This document shows positions 1 to 9,340 of a stretch of DNA of 64,000 nucleotides, in pieces; the first letter of the stretch is position 1; each line of letters starts with the position of its first letter. The notes under the pieces were generated by a model, which worked only from the letters and a program-made list of their open reading frames with translations, was not told the DNA's origin and made no database searches. The translations under genes were made by a program, and so were the position numbers. Where the stretch lies: assembly GCA_038062075.1 (NCBI GenBank), contig JBBTXY010000003.1:17589-81588 (forward strand), read 5' to 3'. Source of the DNA: Patescibacteria group bacterium. GTDB lineage: Bacteria > Patescibacteriota > Minisyncoccia > Phycocordibacterales > UBA2100.

Positions 1-2
1 AC

Positions 3-464
3 GTCATTGTCGGGGCGCAGATTGACGAGCCGAACTACGTCCAGAAGTTAATGCAAACGGTGCGCGAGAGCGGCGTCGAGGACAGTGTCGATTTCGTGAA
101 AGATATCTCAGATGAACGTCTGCGCGAGCTCTATCAAGGAGCGTCGCTTTTCATGCTCACGTCGGTGAACGAAGGAGGCCACTTCGAAGGATTCGGGCTC
201 GTCTTTCTAGAGGCGGCGGCGTACGGGCTCGCGAGCATCGGGACGAAGGGGAACGGCATCGAAGATGCGATTATCGACGGGAAGACCGGCATCTTGGTGC
301 CGCAATACGACGTCGAAGCGACCGCCGCCGCCATTGTGCGTCTCATGCGCGATACTGAATTGCGCACGCGCCTTGGCGCGGCCGCGAGAGCGCACGCGGA
401 GGCTCGCGCGTGGCCACATGTGGTGCGCGAGTACGAACAGCTCTACAAGAGGGTTCTTTCCTGA
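3..464 (+). CDS. Glycosyltransferase family 4, C-terminal fragment (5' end outside window)
   Basis: Open frame from window edge; GT4 C-terminal signature 'SVNEGGHFEGFGLVFLEAAAYGLASIGTKGNG...GILVP' (EX7E-like). Confidence 0.6.
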   Translation, partial: VIVGAQIDEPNYVQKLMQTVRESGVEDSVDFVKDISDERLRELYQGASLFMLTSVNEGGHFEGFGLVFLEAAAYGLASIGTKGNGIEDAIIDGKTGILVPQYDVEATAAAIVRLMRDTELRTRLGAAARAHAEARAWPHVVREYEQLYKRVLS

Positions 465-504
465 TTATATGGTTTCCACGTGGAAATTTTAAATGATCGC
501 GTTT

Positions 505-1605
505 TCATTCTCCTGCCTTCGGACGGATTGAATGCATAATATCCCTAATCTGTTGTAAGCTTTTGAGAAAGTTCTCCGCTGAGTCGGTACTCTTGACCCC
601 TTCAGAAAAATCTTCGGGTTTGTATTTTGAGCGAAATATTTCGGAGAGCTTCCCATAAATACTTTCGTCTTCATGCCGACTGTACCCAAATCGCGATAAC
701 GCCTTGATCGAACCCCTATTCAAAACCATTTCCATTTCCTTTAAATAGCTTCGGTCACCGATCAAAAATTTTCTCGCATATTCTTTCCAGATGTCCATAC
801 ATGTAATGTCGGGATTGGTTTTCTCGCGGTTCTTTTTTACAAGGCCGATAATCATATAAAGCACGTGTCTGTAGTGTATATAAATACCATCTAGTAACTC
901 ATCGTCTATGGAACCATCTAAAATACCGCCTTGGATATTGAGTTCTTCAACAAACGCTTCCTCAAGTCCAGAAAAATAGCCTTTGATTTCTGGACGATTC
1001 CCACCAACCCTTTCTCGAACTATCTCTACACCGCCTCCACCTTGCACAAAGTCTTTATTGCTGGCGCTGTAAGCAACAAAATCGGTCTTGGTACGACTGT
1101 GCAAGAGTTCGTGGCTCATGTCATGAACAAGCTCACGGCGAGCGAATTCGCTTTTTTCATCACGTAAAACGATTTTGTTTTCCCGTCTGCGGTACATTCC
1201 GAATAAGGGCTGAATTTTGCCACTGTCTCTATCAAGGAGACCTTTCGCAAATACAATGCGAGGAACGGGTTCTTTGACTGATTCATCACGAGATACGCTG
1301 AGGTAGGAATAAATCTTGGCTACTCTCTGTTTCGCAATTTTAAATTGTTTCAGTTCTTCGGGCGTTGGTTCCCTTGACTCCACAAGTTCATCGGTGGGTG
1401 GAATATCCTTAAAGGCATTCAAAATTCTTTTTTTCTTGTCGGGGGACTCTGGCATCACAACAGTATAGAGCCGACAATCTATCCCTTCAATCAACCAAAC
1501 GGACCTCACACTTGAATACCTTTGCCCATCGGACAGCATGCTGTTTTTTCGGCTTAAAAGTGTTACAATCCAGCGGTTTCCAGCCGTAAAATATGAAGCT
1601 TCCAA
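505..1605 (-). CDS. Hypothetical protein with HExxH (HELLH) motif; lower GC than neighbours
   Basis: 366-aa ORF; AT-richer than flanking DNA; contains 'VHDMSHELLHS'. True start may be the internal ATG at 1539, because the divergent + gene starts at 1593. Confidence 0.45.
   Translation of the reverse strand: MEASYFTAGNRWIVTLLSRKNSMLSDGQRYSSVRSVWLIEGIDCRLYTVVMPESPDKKKRILNAFKDIPPTDELVESREPTPEELKQFKIAKQRVAKIYSYLSVSRDESVKEPVPRIVFAKGLLDRDSGKIQPLFGMYRRRENKIVLRDEKSEFARRELVHDMSHELLHSRTKTDFVAYSASNKDFVQGGGGVEIVRERVGGNRPEIKGYFSGLEEAFVEELNIQGGILDGSIDDELLDGIYIHYRHVLYMIIGLVKKNREKTNPDITCMDIWKEYARKFLIGDRSYLKEMEMVLNRGSIKALSRFGYSRHEDESIYGKLSEIFRSKYKPEDFSEGVKSTDSAENFLKSLQQIRDIMHSIRPKAGE
1561..1569 (+). promoter_or_regulatory. 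Extended -10 element TGTTACAAT upstream of GT2 gene
   Basis: TGnTAcAAT 24 nt upstream of ATG 1593; same motif upstream of 27640. Confidence 0.35.
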
Positions 1606-2390
1606 CCATCACCATAACTCTTATCGCGCGCAATGAAGCGCATAATCTCGACGCTTTTATCGAGACGATTGCGCCGATTGCCGATGAGCTTGTCGTCTGC
1701 TACACGCCATCGAGCGACGACACGCTCACGAGGCTCGAAGAATGGAAAGTGAAGACGTCGTATCCTGTCATCATATTCCAGTACGCGGATGTACCGTTCC
1801 ATTTCGGTAAATCACGCAATGAGACGATCAAGCGAGCGACCAAGGACTACATTTTTATGCTCGATGCCGATGAAAGGCTGACGCCCGCATTTTGTGCGCG
1901 CATCAAGCAATTTCTCGCGGAGAAACAGCCGAAGGCGGTCTCGATGCAGCGGCAGGACGACGTAACGCCGCATCTCATCGACCCGCAGACGCGCATCGTG
2001 AAAAACCACGAGCGTATTGTGTATGCGACGGATGTCGCAGGGCAGCTGCATGAGCACCTCGAATTGCCGGAGCCGGCGGTCTGGTTCGACGAGCCGTTCA
2101 TCCACAGCCAGGGGAAAGGTCATTGGGTCTATGACCACGATCGTCTGTTCATTCTTCTCGCGCGCGAGGTCGCACGAGGCGAAAACACCAAAGGGCTTTT
2201 CCGCGAGATCCTGCGCGCATTCGCGAGTTTCTTCTACAAGTTCCGCAAGGAATATATCCGCAAGCAAACGTACAAAGACGGAAAGATCGGCTTCAAGTAC
2301 GCATTCCTGCGTGGTTTCCATGCCTTCCTCATCCATATTTTCATCGGTCTCAAGCCGCGCGTTAAAGCTCATGTTGAAAATAACCACTAG
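1593..2390 (+). CDS. Glycosyltransferase family 2 (LPS-core KdtX/WaaE-like)
   Basis: N-terminal 'ITLIARNEAHNL...' GT-A fold, DADE (DxD) motif. Confidence 0.75.
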   Translation: MKLPTITITLIARNEAHNLDAFIETIAPIADELVVCYTPSSDDTLTRLEEWKVKTSYPVIIFQYADVPFHFGKSRNETIKRATKDYIFMLDADERLTPAFCARIKQFLAEKQPKAVSMQRQDDVTPHLIDPQTRIVKNHERIVYATDVAGQLHEHLELPEPAVWFDEPFIHSQGKGHWVYDHDRLFILLAREVARGENTKGLFREILRAFASFFYKFRKEYIRKQTYKDGKIGFKYAFLRGFHAFLIHIFIGLKPRVKAHVENNH

Positions 2391-3084
2391 CTGGGATGAC
2401 GGGGATGTTCTCGACGAACGCGTGATGCAGCTCCTCGAGAAGTATGGTCTCAAAGGGACGTTCTATATTCCGCGGGACTATTGGGGGGAACGGCTCTCAG
2501 ACGAGCGTATTCGTGAACTCTCCGAAAAGTTTGAGATAGGCGCCCACACGCTCACGCATGCCGATCTCACGAAACTTTCACTCGAGGAGGCGGAACGGGA
2601 GATCAGAGGAAGCAGAAAGTGGCTCGAAGAAGTGACCGGAAAACCCGTCGAGATATTCTGCTACCCGCGCGGACGGTATACGCCAGCGGTGCGGGAGCTG
2701 GTTACTAAAGCCAGATTTCGGGGCGCCCGTACGACGAAGCAATTCTCGCTTACAGTGGGGGATCCGTTCGAGATGGAAACGACCGTACACGTGTATCCTC
2801 TGCCAGTGCGTTTCAGTGCGGGAATACGACGAATATTTGGCCCCATCCGCGAGCGCTATCCCGGCTATCGCTCGCTTGGAGTCTCCATCTTTGATATGCG
2901 CAGTTTCGAATCCGCGGCGAAGGCGTCTTTCGATACTGCCCTAGCGCGCGGCGGCATCTTCCATCTCTGGGGGCACTCGTGGGAGATCGAAAAGTACGGA
3001 CTGTGGGAAGCGTTTGAGCGTGTGTGCGCATACATCGGCAACCGTGCGGATTGCAGATATGTGACGAATGCAGAACTCGTATGA
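2371..3084 (+). CDS. Polysaccharide deacetylase (CE4 / NodB homology domain)
   Basis: 'TTSWDDG' (TFDDG motif 1) plus 'HTLTH' His motif. Start at internal ATG 2371; upstream part of track ORF 2017.. overlaps the GT2 gene in another frame. Confidence 0.75.
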   Translation: MLKITTSWDDGDVLDERVMQLLEKYGLKGTFYIPRDYWGERLSDERIRELSEKFEIGAHTLTHADLTKLSLEEAEREIRGSRKWLEEVTGKPVEIFCYPRGRYTPAVRELVTKARFRGARTTKQFSLTVGDPFEMETTVHVYPLPVRFSAGIRRIFGPIRERYPGYRSLGVSIFDMRSFESAAKASFDTALARGGIFHLWGHSWEIEKYGLWEAFERVCAYIGNRADCRYVTNAELV

Positions 3085-4319
3085 AAATTCTCATTCTTCA
3101 AGACGATTTCCCGCCGCGCCACATCGGGGGCAGCGGATCTATCGCGTATGCCTTGGCGCAAGAACTCCGGAAGCGGGGCCATGAAGTCGAAGTGGTAACG
3201 GCGGTGCAGGATCGGGCGCTCGTTGGGGAGACGACATACGAGGGCATTCCCGTACACAACATCTTTGCGCCCTACTCGAAGCGCTTTAATGCATATACGT
3301 GCCTATGGAATCCGCCCGCGATCCGCGAGCTCACAAAAATTCTTGCTAATTTCAAGCCGGAGATTGTGCATGCGCACAGCGTGAACGGGTATCTCTCATA
3401 CGGCTCGCTCGTGATCGCGAAGAAAAGCGGCGCACGCGTCGTTCTCACGTGTCACGATGTCATGGCGTTCAACTACTCGAAGCTTACCGAATTCATAGAT
3501 CCCGACGACACGGCTGTCCACGAACGGTACGACTACCGCGTAAGTGCCTTCCGGCAACTGCGCGAATCCCGATTCCGCTACAATCCCTTCAGGAATATCG
3601 TCATTAGGCATATCCTGCACAACTACGTTGATGTTCTGACGGCGGTCTCCGATGCTCTGCGGCAGGCGCTCGAAGATAATGGCGTCCCAGGTGCCGTCGT
3701 CATCCATAACGGGATAGATGTTGCCGAATGGAAAGAAAATCCGGCACGCGATCGCGCGTTCAAGGAAAGGCACGGGCTCGGCGATTCCGTGATTCTTTTC
3801 GGCGGTCGCATTTCCGGCATTAAGGGAACGGATAAGATCCTCGACGCGCTCGCGCGAGTGCGCACGCAGGTGCCTGACGTCCAGCTTCTCGTTATAGCAA
3901 AAGAGGGCGAATCGCTCGACCGGATGCGGGCGCTGGCGAAAGAGCGCGCTGTCGCAGAGGCGCTCGTTGCGCCCGGCTGGCTTTCAGGGGATGATCTGAA
4001 AGCTACGTATCATGCGAGCGCTGTTGTCGCAGTTCCCACGCTCTCGTTCGATTCCTTCCCGACGATGAATCTTGAAGCCTTCGCATGCACAAAGCCGGTC
4101 GTCGCCACCTGCTTCGGCGGCTCGCGAGAGTTGGTCGAAGATGACATTTCGGGTTACATCGTGAATCCGTATAATGTGCCGATGCTCGCTGAAAAAATAA
4201 CCGATCTTTTGTCCGACAAAAGCAAGGCGGAGCGATTTGGAGAAAAGGGCCTTGAGCGCGTCGCGAGAGAATTCACGCTTGAAAAGCAAGCCGAGGGGTT
4301 TGAGAAGCTATACCGATAG
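3081..4319 (+). CDS. Glycosyltransferase family 4
   Basis: ATGA start/stop overlap with upstream gene; GT4 N-domain 'MKILILQDDFPPRHIGGSG', C-domain 'E..E' motif. Confidence 0.8.
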   Translation: MKILILQDDFPPRHIGGSGSIAYALAQELRKRGHEVEVVTAVQDRALVGETTYEGIPVHNIFAPYSKRFNAYTCLWNPPAIRELTKILANFKPEIVHAHSVNGYLSYGSLVIAKKSGARVVLTCHDVMAFNYSKLTEFIDPDDTAVHERYDYRVSAFRQLRESRFRYNPFRNIVIRHILHNYVDVLTAVSDALRQALEDNGVPGAVVIHNGIDVAEWKENPARDRAFKERHGLGDSVILFGGRISGIKGTDKILDALARVRTQVPDVQLLVIAKEGESLDRMRALAKERAVAEALVAPGWLSGDDLKATYHASAVVAVPTLSFDSFPTMNLEAFACTKPVVATCFGGSRELVEDDISGYIVNPYNVPMLAEKITDLLSDKSKAERFGEKGLERVAREFTLEKQAEGFEKLYR

Positions 4320-4322
4320 ACC

Positions 4323-5492
4323 ATGTTCACCATTTTTGCCAACATGTTCATAAACTCGGAGGAGCGCTTCGAGCACCTGAAGGATTCGTTCGAATCGTTC
4401 AGTACCGTGAGCGATGATTGGCTCATCAATATCCGAGGAAGATTTCGTGAACCTGTCATCGCCTGGCTTAAGGAGCGTCTCGGTGATAGAGCGACCTTTT
4501 TCGAACTCCTCGACGATTCGCGCGGCTGGACCGTGAATTCACTGGACATGGTTCGGCACGCCAGACACCCGTATGTCTTGTTCTGGCTGGAAGATCATAT
4601 GAATATCGCTCCGCAGTCGTATCTGCGCGATGTAGTCGAGGAGATGGCGGAGCACAAAGCCGACTACCTCCAGCATTCGTGGTGGCAGAACGGAAAATAC
4701 AGGCACTATTTTGACATCTTTGACCGACAACAGGGCACATCGATCGACACAGTCACCATTGGATATAACGAGTGGAAGAAGTGGCAAGACGCTGGCGACA
4801 ACGTGCAAATCATCTCTCTTCTCGGTATTTTCGAGAAGCATTTTCTCATCAAGATGCTGCAGTACGATCGCTTTATGCTTCCCATGTCGGTTAGGTCGTG
4901 GATTTTTCGCATCATGACTTTGTTGCAGCGGATGGGCCTGCGTTTCGATCAAAAGAAATGGTATCACCGGATCAATCGCTTGCTGCATTTCAAGATCCGC
5001 AGGCAACCGAAGGAAACCCCGCACGATTTCGAGAAAGAGCCGAATCGTTTTGACGTTCTTCCGATCCGGACTTCGGTTCCGCACCGCGAATTGTTCGCGT
5101 GCATGGATGATGATGACGATCCGGCGTGGAGGTCGTCTTTGATGACGCGCGGTCTCTACCCCTTGCGGGATCGCCTCGTGCGGTGGGACGAAAAAAAGCA
5201 GCCTGCGAAGCATTCACGCACCATCGCGGCGCTTAAGAAGGGCGCGTCGCTCCGGGAAGCGTACTGCTACTACAGCGCGAAAGGGGTGCGCCACGTGCTT
5301 TCTCGCGAATATATCCGCGTCGCGCGTGGGCGCGTCCGGGTTGCGGTGAAAGACGAACATGTCGAGCTGGGGGCGGGAGAAGGAGCCGCATTTTTCACCA
5401 ACATTCTACACGACATCGTCGCACTCGAAGACGCGGAGATCGAGCGATTCACGCCTGCAATCGGGCTTGCCCCGCACTATCTCCTGACGTAG
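4323..5492 (+). CDS. Hypothetical protein in glycan operon (no recognised domain)
   Basis: 389-aa ORF, tightly packed in operon; Trp/His-rich, no family recognised by eye. Confidence 0.5.
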   Translation: MFTIFANMFINSEERFEHLKDSFESFSTVSDDWLINIRGRFREPVIAWLKERLGDRATFFELLDDSRGWTVNSLDMVRHARHPYVLFWLEDHMNIAPQSYLRDVVEEMAEHKADYLQHSWWQNGKYRHYFDIFDRQQGTSIDTVTIGYNEWKKWQDAGDNVQIISLLGIFEKHFLIKMLQYDRFMLPMSVRSWIFRIMTLLQRMGLRFDQKKWYHRINRLLHFKIRRQPKETPHDFEKEPNRFDVLPIRTSVPHRELFACMDDDDDPAWRSSLMTRGLYPLRDRLVRWDEKKQPAKHSRTIAALKKGASLREAYCYYSAKGVRHVLSREYIRVARGRVRVAVKDEHVELGAGEGAAFFTNILHDIVALEDAEIERFTPAIGLAPHYLLT

Positions 5493-5501
5493 CATGGGCT
5501 G

Positions 5502-6044
5502 ATGACCGTATCGAAGGGCAAAAAGCCCAAGCATTTCATCCTTGACGTGGACGGTGTCATGACCGACGGCCAGTTTTATTACTCTGCCGAGGGGAAGGCG
5601 ATGAAGGCGTTCGGGCCGGATGACCATGATGGGCTTCTCTTATTGAAGCCCTATATCAACATCCATATCGTGACCGGCGACAAGAAGGGATTTCCGATAA
5701 CCAGGAAGCGTATTGCTGACGATATGAAGATGAAGCTCGACGTAGTGAGCACGGTTGAGCGGCTGCAGTGGATGAAGGAAAGCGGGTATGAGCTCGATGA
5801 GACGATCTACATGGGAGATGGCATTTTTGACGCCGTCGTCTTCGATAAAGTGGCGTATGCAATCGCGCCCGCGAATGCGTTCTACCTCACCAAAGAGCGC
5901 GCTGATTTTGTGACGCGATCCGTTGGCGGCGACAGCGCCGTTGCGGAAGCATGCGTGCACATTCTTGAGAAATTCTTCACGCCGTTCGACCCCCTCCACT
6001 TCAAGCTCGAGAAGTCGAGCGGCGAGTGGGGCGCACACGCATAA
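5502..6044 (+). CDS. HAD-IIIA phosphatase, KdsC/YrbI family (KDO-8-P / sialic-acid-9-P phosphatase-like)
   Basis: 'LDVDGVMTDG' motif I; typical KdsC length of 180 aa. Confidence 0.7.
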   Translation: MTVSKGKKPKHFILDVDGVMTDGQFYYSAEGKAMKAFGPDDHDGLLLLKPYINIHIVTGDKKGFPITRKRIADDMKMKLDVVSTVERLQWMKESGYELDETIYMGDGIFDAVVFDKVAYAIAPANAFYLTKERADFVTRSVGGDSAVAEACVHILEKFFTPFDPLHFKLEKSSGEWGAHA

Positions 6045-6046
6045 CT

Positions 6047-7621
6047 ATGAAGCACAAAGTCTGCATTCTCGCGGCAGGAGTGGGGAATCGGATGGGCGAG
6101 CTCTCCGAGCACGTCAATATCGCCGTCTTGCCCGTCAACAACAAAGCGGTGATTTCCTACATCATCGAGAAGTTCCCGATGCAGACCGAGTTTGTGATCG
6201 CGGTCGGCCACAAGAAAGAGACCGTCATCGACTATTTGAAACTTGCGCATCCCGAGCGAAGATTCACCTTCGTGCACGTCGACAAATACACCGGTCCGGG
6301 CACGGGCCCCGGGTACAGTATCCTGAAGTGCGAGAAGCACCTCCGGGAGCCCTTTATATTCTTTACGGCCGATACCATGGTCTTGGAGGATATTCCTCCG
6401 CCGGATCAGAACTGGATGGGAATCGCGCCGGTCAAGGAAACCGAGCTTTACTGCACGGTCCGCATGAGGAACAACCTCATCGTCCAGCTCGACAACAAGA
6501 TAAAGACCGACAACAAATTCGCTTTTATCGGGCTCGGCGGGGTGAAGGACTATGAAGATTTCTTCAGCGTGCTCACGCATGACCAGGAAATCCAGAAAGG
6601 CGAAGTGCAGGTCGTGACCGGATTTGCGCGCCTCATTGAAAAGAAACTCGTGCCCATAGGCTTCACGTGGTTTGACACCGGCTCCTTTAAGAACTACGCG
6701 GACACCAACCGCAACTTCTCCGGCGGCGGCACAAAATTCGATTTCAGCAAGGGCGATGAATTTCTGTATTTTGTGAACGGTCGTGTCATCAAGTTTTTTG
6801 CTGACGCGAAGACAGCGAAGAACCGCTATGAGCGCGCCACAAAACACCTGAAAGGTCTCGCGCCAAAAATGGAAGCGCACCGCGGCAATTTCTATTCGTA
6901 CAAACTCGTCGAAGGGCAGACGCTCTACAGCATGCTGAACGCGCGGCTCGTCAGGGAATTTCTCGCGTGGGCGTCCAAGCATCTGTGGAAACCGCTCAAG
7001 CTCGACGCGAAGAAGAAAAAAGAATTCGCCGCCGCGAGCAGGCGCTTTTATCGCGACAAAACGCTCGAGCGCGTCGAGGCATATCAGAAAAAAGTCGGGG
7101 AAGGAGAACGAGCAATCATCAATGGCCTCGAAGTGCCGCCGATTGCCGAGCTCCTCGGTAAGGTTGACTGGGACACGATGTCGGAGAGTATCCCCGTTCC
7201 CTTCCACGGCGATCTGCAGTTCGACAACGTTCTCTACGTGGGCGCAAAGAAAGGGCGGCATCCGTTCGTTCTTTTGGACTGGCGTCAGGATTTCGGCGGC
7301 CTCATCCACGCCGGCGACCTCTACTACGACCTCGCCAAGCTCTACGGCGGAGTGACGATGTCCTACCCCTTGATCAAAGAAGGCATGTTCACCTACACGG
7401 GCACGGACACCTCGGCCGACTACAAATTCTTCATCAAGAGCGATCTTCTGGAAGCCAAGGACGAGCTGGAAGATTTCATTCTCGCCAACAAGTACGACCT
7501 CAAAAAAATCCGGACGCTGACCGCGCTCATATTTCTCAACATGGCGCCCCTCCACCACGACCCGTTTGACCGGCTGTTGTACCACCACGGACGCTCGATG
7601 CTCCACAAAGCACTGAAGTGA
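6047..7621 (+). CDS. Bifunctional sugar-1-P nucleotidyltransferase (N) :: APH/choline-kinase-like kinase (C)
   Basis: N-terminal 'ILAAGVGNRMG' NTP_transferase P-loop; C-terminal 'HGDLQFDNVLY' Brenner kinase motif and 'DWRQD'. Same architecture as LicC-LicA and MurU-AmgK systems. Confidence 0.7.
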   Translation: MKHKVCILAAGVGNRMGELSEHVNIAVLPVNNKAVISYIIEKFPMQTEFVIAVGHKKETVIDYLKLAHPERRFTFVHVDKYTGPGTGPGYSILKCEKHLREPFIFFTADTMVLEDIPPPDQNWMGIAPVKETELYCTVRMRNNLIVQLDNKIKTDNKFAFIGLGGVKDYEDFFSVLTHDQEIQKGEVQVVTGFARLIEKKLVPIGFTWFDTGSFKNYADTNRNFSGGGTKFDFSKGDEFLYFVNGRVIKFFADAKTAKNRYERATKHLKGLAPKMEAHRGNFYSYKLVEGQTLYSMLNARLVREFLAWASKHLWKPLKLDAKKKKEFAAASRRFYRDKTLERVEAYQKKVGEGERAIINGLEVPPIAELLGKVDWDTMSESIPVPFHGDLQFDNVLYVGAKKGRHPFVLLDWRQDFGGLIHAGDLYYDLAKLYGGVTMSYPLIKEGMFTYTGTDTSADYKFFIKSDLLEAKDELEDFILANKYDLKKIRTLTALIFLNMAPLHHDPFDRLLYHHGRSMLHKALK

Positions 7622-7623
7622 GT

Positions 7624-8631
7624 ATGAGCCACGCGTTCAATGCACGCTTGGGCATTGGCCCGATGAGCACCGAAGCCATCGAGGCGACCTTTCACTATTC
7701 GCATTTCTACCGCAAAGAGCTGATGCTCATCGCGTCGAAAAATCAGATCGACTGGGGCGGCGGCTACGTCAACAACTGGACGACGAGGGACTATATAGAT
7801 TTCGTGCGTGCGATGCGTGCGAAATATCCTTTGGCCAACGTCCACGTGTGCCGCGATCACTGCGGGCCGGGATTCAACGGCATCCACGATTTGAAGGATG
7901 TCTACAAGACGATCGAAGACGACATCGCAAGCGGCTTCGATCTCATCCATATTGATTTCTGCCATTTTCTCGGCACCAAAGACGAGCAGTTCGACGAATC
8001 GAGACGGGCGATCAAGCACTGCCTCATGCTCAATCCGAAGATACGCATCGAGGTCGGTACCGACGAGAATATCGGTGTCACGTACGGTCTGCCGAACATT
8101 AACGAGCTTGAAAGGGAGATTGATTTCTTCAGAAGCGTCTGCGATCCGGAGTTCTACGTTGTCCAGACCGGCTCCTTGGTCTTGGAGACGCATCAGGCAG
8201 GCTCGTTCAACACGCCGTTCGTCGAGAAAATGTCCCTGCTCCTGCGTGAGAAGGGTATCAAAATGAAAGAGCACAATGCGGACTATCTCACGGAAGATGA
8301 CATTCTCCTCCGAAAGGGCCTTGTCGGCGCGATGAACATCGCGCCGCAACTTGGCGTGATTCAGACGCACTACATTCTTTCTAAATGCGCGGTGTATGGA
8401 CTCGACTCATCGGAATTTCTCAATAAAGTCTACGAGTCAGGCAAATGGAAGAAGTGGCTGAAGGATAACACTGCCGAGAACAAGATGCTCTGCTGTACGA
8501 TAGCGGGCCACTACCTCTTTGCTTCGGATGAGTACCGGCGTCTTGTTGATAAACTGGAGCGGTACGAAGATGTGCGGGAAGCTATCACGAACGAGCTTGC
8601 AAAGCTCATTGATCACTATGTTGCGCGGTAA
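7624..8631 (+). CDS. GatZ/KbaZ-family protein (tagatose-bisphosphate aldolase accessory / sugar-phosphate 4-epimerase family)
   Basis: 'LIASKNQIDWGGGYVNNWTTRDYIDFV...VCRDHCGP' resembles the GatZ 'ATSNQVNQFGGYTGMTP...GGDHLGP' block as recalled from memory. Confidence 0.55.
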   Translation: MSHAFNARLGIGPMSTEAIEATFHYSHFYRKELMLIASKNQIDWGGGYVNNWTTRDYIDFVRAMRAKYPLANVHVCRDHCGPGFNGIHDLKDVYKTIEDDIASGFDLIHIDFCHFLGTKDEQFDESRRAIKHCLMLNPKIRIEVGTDENIGVTYGLPNINELEREIDFFRSVCDPEFYVVQTGSLVLETHQAGSFNTPFVEKMSLLLREKGIKMKEHNADYLTEDDILLRKGLVGAMNIAPQLGVIQTHYILSKCAVYGLDSSEFLNKVYESGKWKKWLKDNTAENKMLCCTIAGHYLFASDEYRRLVDKLERYEDVREAITNELAKLIDHYVAR

Positions 8632-9331
8632 AACCATACTTATCACAGGCTCCTCCCGCGGTATCGGCGCCGCAACCGCGCGCCTCGCCAAAAAATACGG
8701 TGCGACTGTGATCCTACACGGGAAAGAGGATTCGAAAGAATTGAAGAAACTCTCCAAAGAGCTTGCCGCACAGTATGTTGTCTTTGATGTCGCAGACGAG
8801 CGCGCCGCTCGAAAGGCAATCGCGAAACGCGGCGTCGACATTCTGGTGAACAATGCGGGGATCAGCATCTCGAAGCCATTTCAGGAGCTCACGAGCAGGG
8901 ACTGGCATGAGACGCTTTCGACGAATGTCATGGGGGTCGTGAACGTCTCGAAAGCGGTTATTCCGGCGATGGTGAAAAGAAAGCACGGCACGATCGTCAA
9001 CGTCTCGTCAATAAAGGGGTACCCCCATACGGCCGGCCGTGCGGCCTTTGCCGCTTCGAAGGCCGCGATTATCACGCTTACGGCGAGCATGGCAAAAGAA
9101 TTCGCTCCGCAGATTCGCGTCAATGCCGTCGCTCCTGGATTCACGGAAACAGAGACGACGAAGAAAGCGTGGGGCGAGCGGATCTATACGCAGATCAGCA
9201 CAACGCCCTTAGGGAGAGCGGCACAGCCGGAGGAGATCGCACAAGCGATTCTCTTTCTCGCAAGCGACGCGTCAGCGTTCATGACGGGGCAGACGATGAT
9301 TGTTGATGGCGGATACAGTATCGCGGGGTAA
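8618..9331 (+). CDS. Short-chain dehydrogenase/reductase (FabG-like)
   Basis: 'TILITGSSRGIGAATA' Rossmann, 'NNAG', S-Y-K triad region; starts inside upstream gene end. Confidence 0.8.
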   Translation: MLRGKTILITGSSRGIGAATARLAKKYGATVILHGKEDSKELKKLSKELAAQYVVFDVADERAARKAIAKRGVDILVNNAGISISKPFQELTSRDWHETLSTNVMGVVNVSKAVIPAMVKRKHGTIVNVSSIKGYPHTAGRAAFAASKAAIITLTASMAKEFAPQIRVNAVAPGFTETETTKKAWGERIYTQISTTPLGRAAQPEEIAQAILFLASDASAFMTGQTMIVDGGYSIAG

Positions 9332-9340
9332 TATACCGGT

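Noticed and set aside
2017-2370. N-terminal 118 aa of track ORF 2017..3084
   Set aside because: It overlaps the GT2 gene in another frame and is Ser/Arg-rich junk. The deacetylase domain begins at ATG 2371 with the TFDDG-type motif.
5882-7606. 574-aa minus-strand ORF
   Set aside because: Antisense to the well-supported NTP-transferase/kinase fusion; a shadow ORF of high-GC sequence.
7420-8370. 316-aa minus-strand ORF antisense to the kinase/transferase and GatZ-like genes
   Set aside because: No domain motifs; Arg/Ala-rich composition typical of antisense frames in high-GC DNA. The + strand genes carry strong family signatures.
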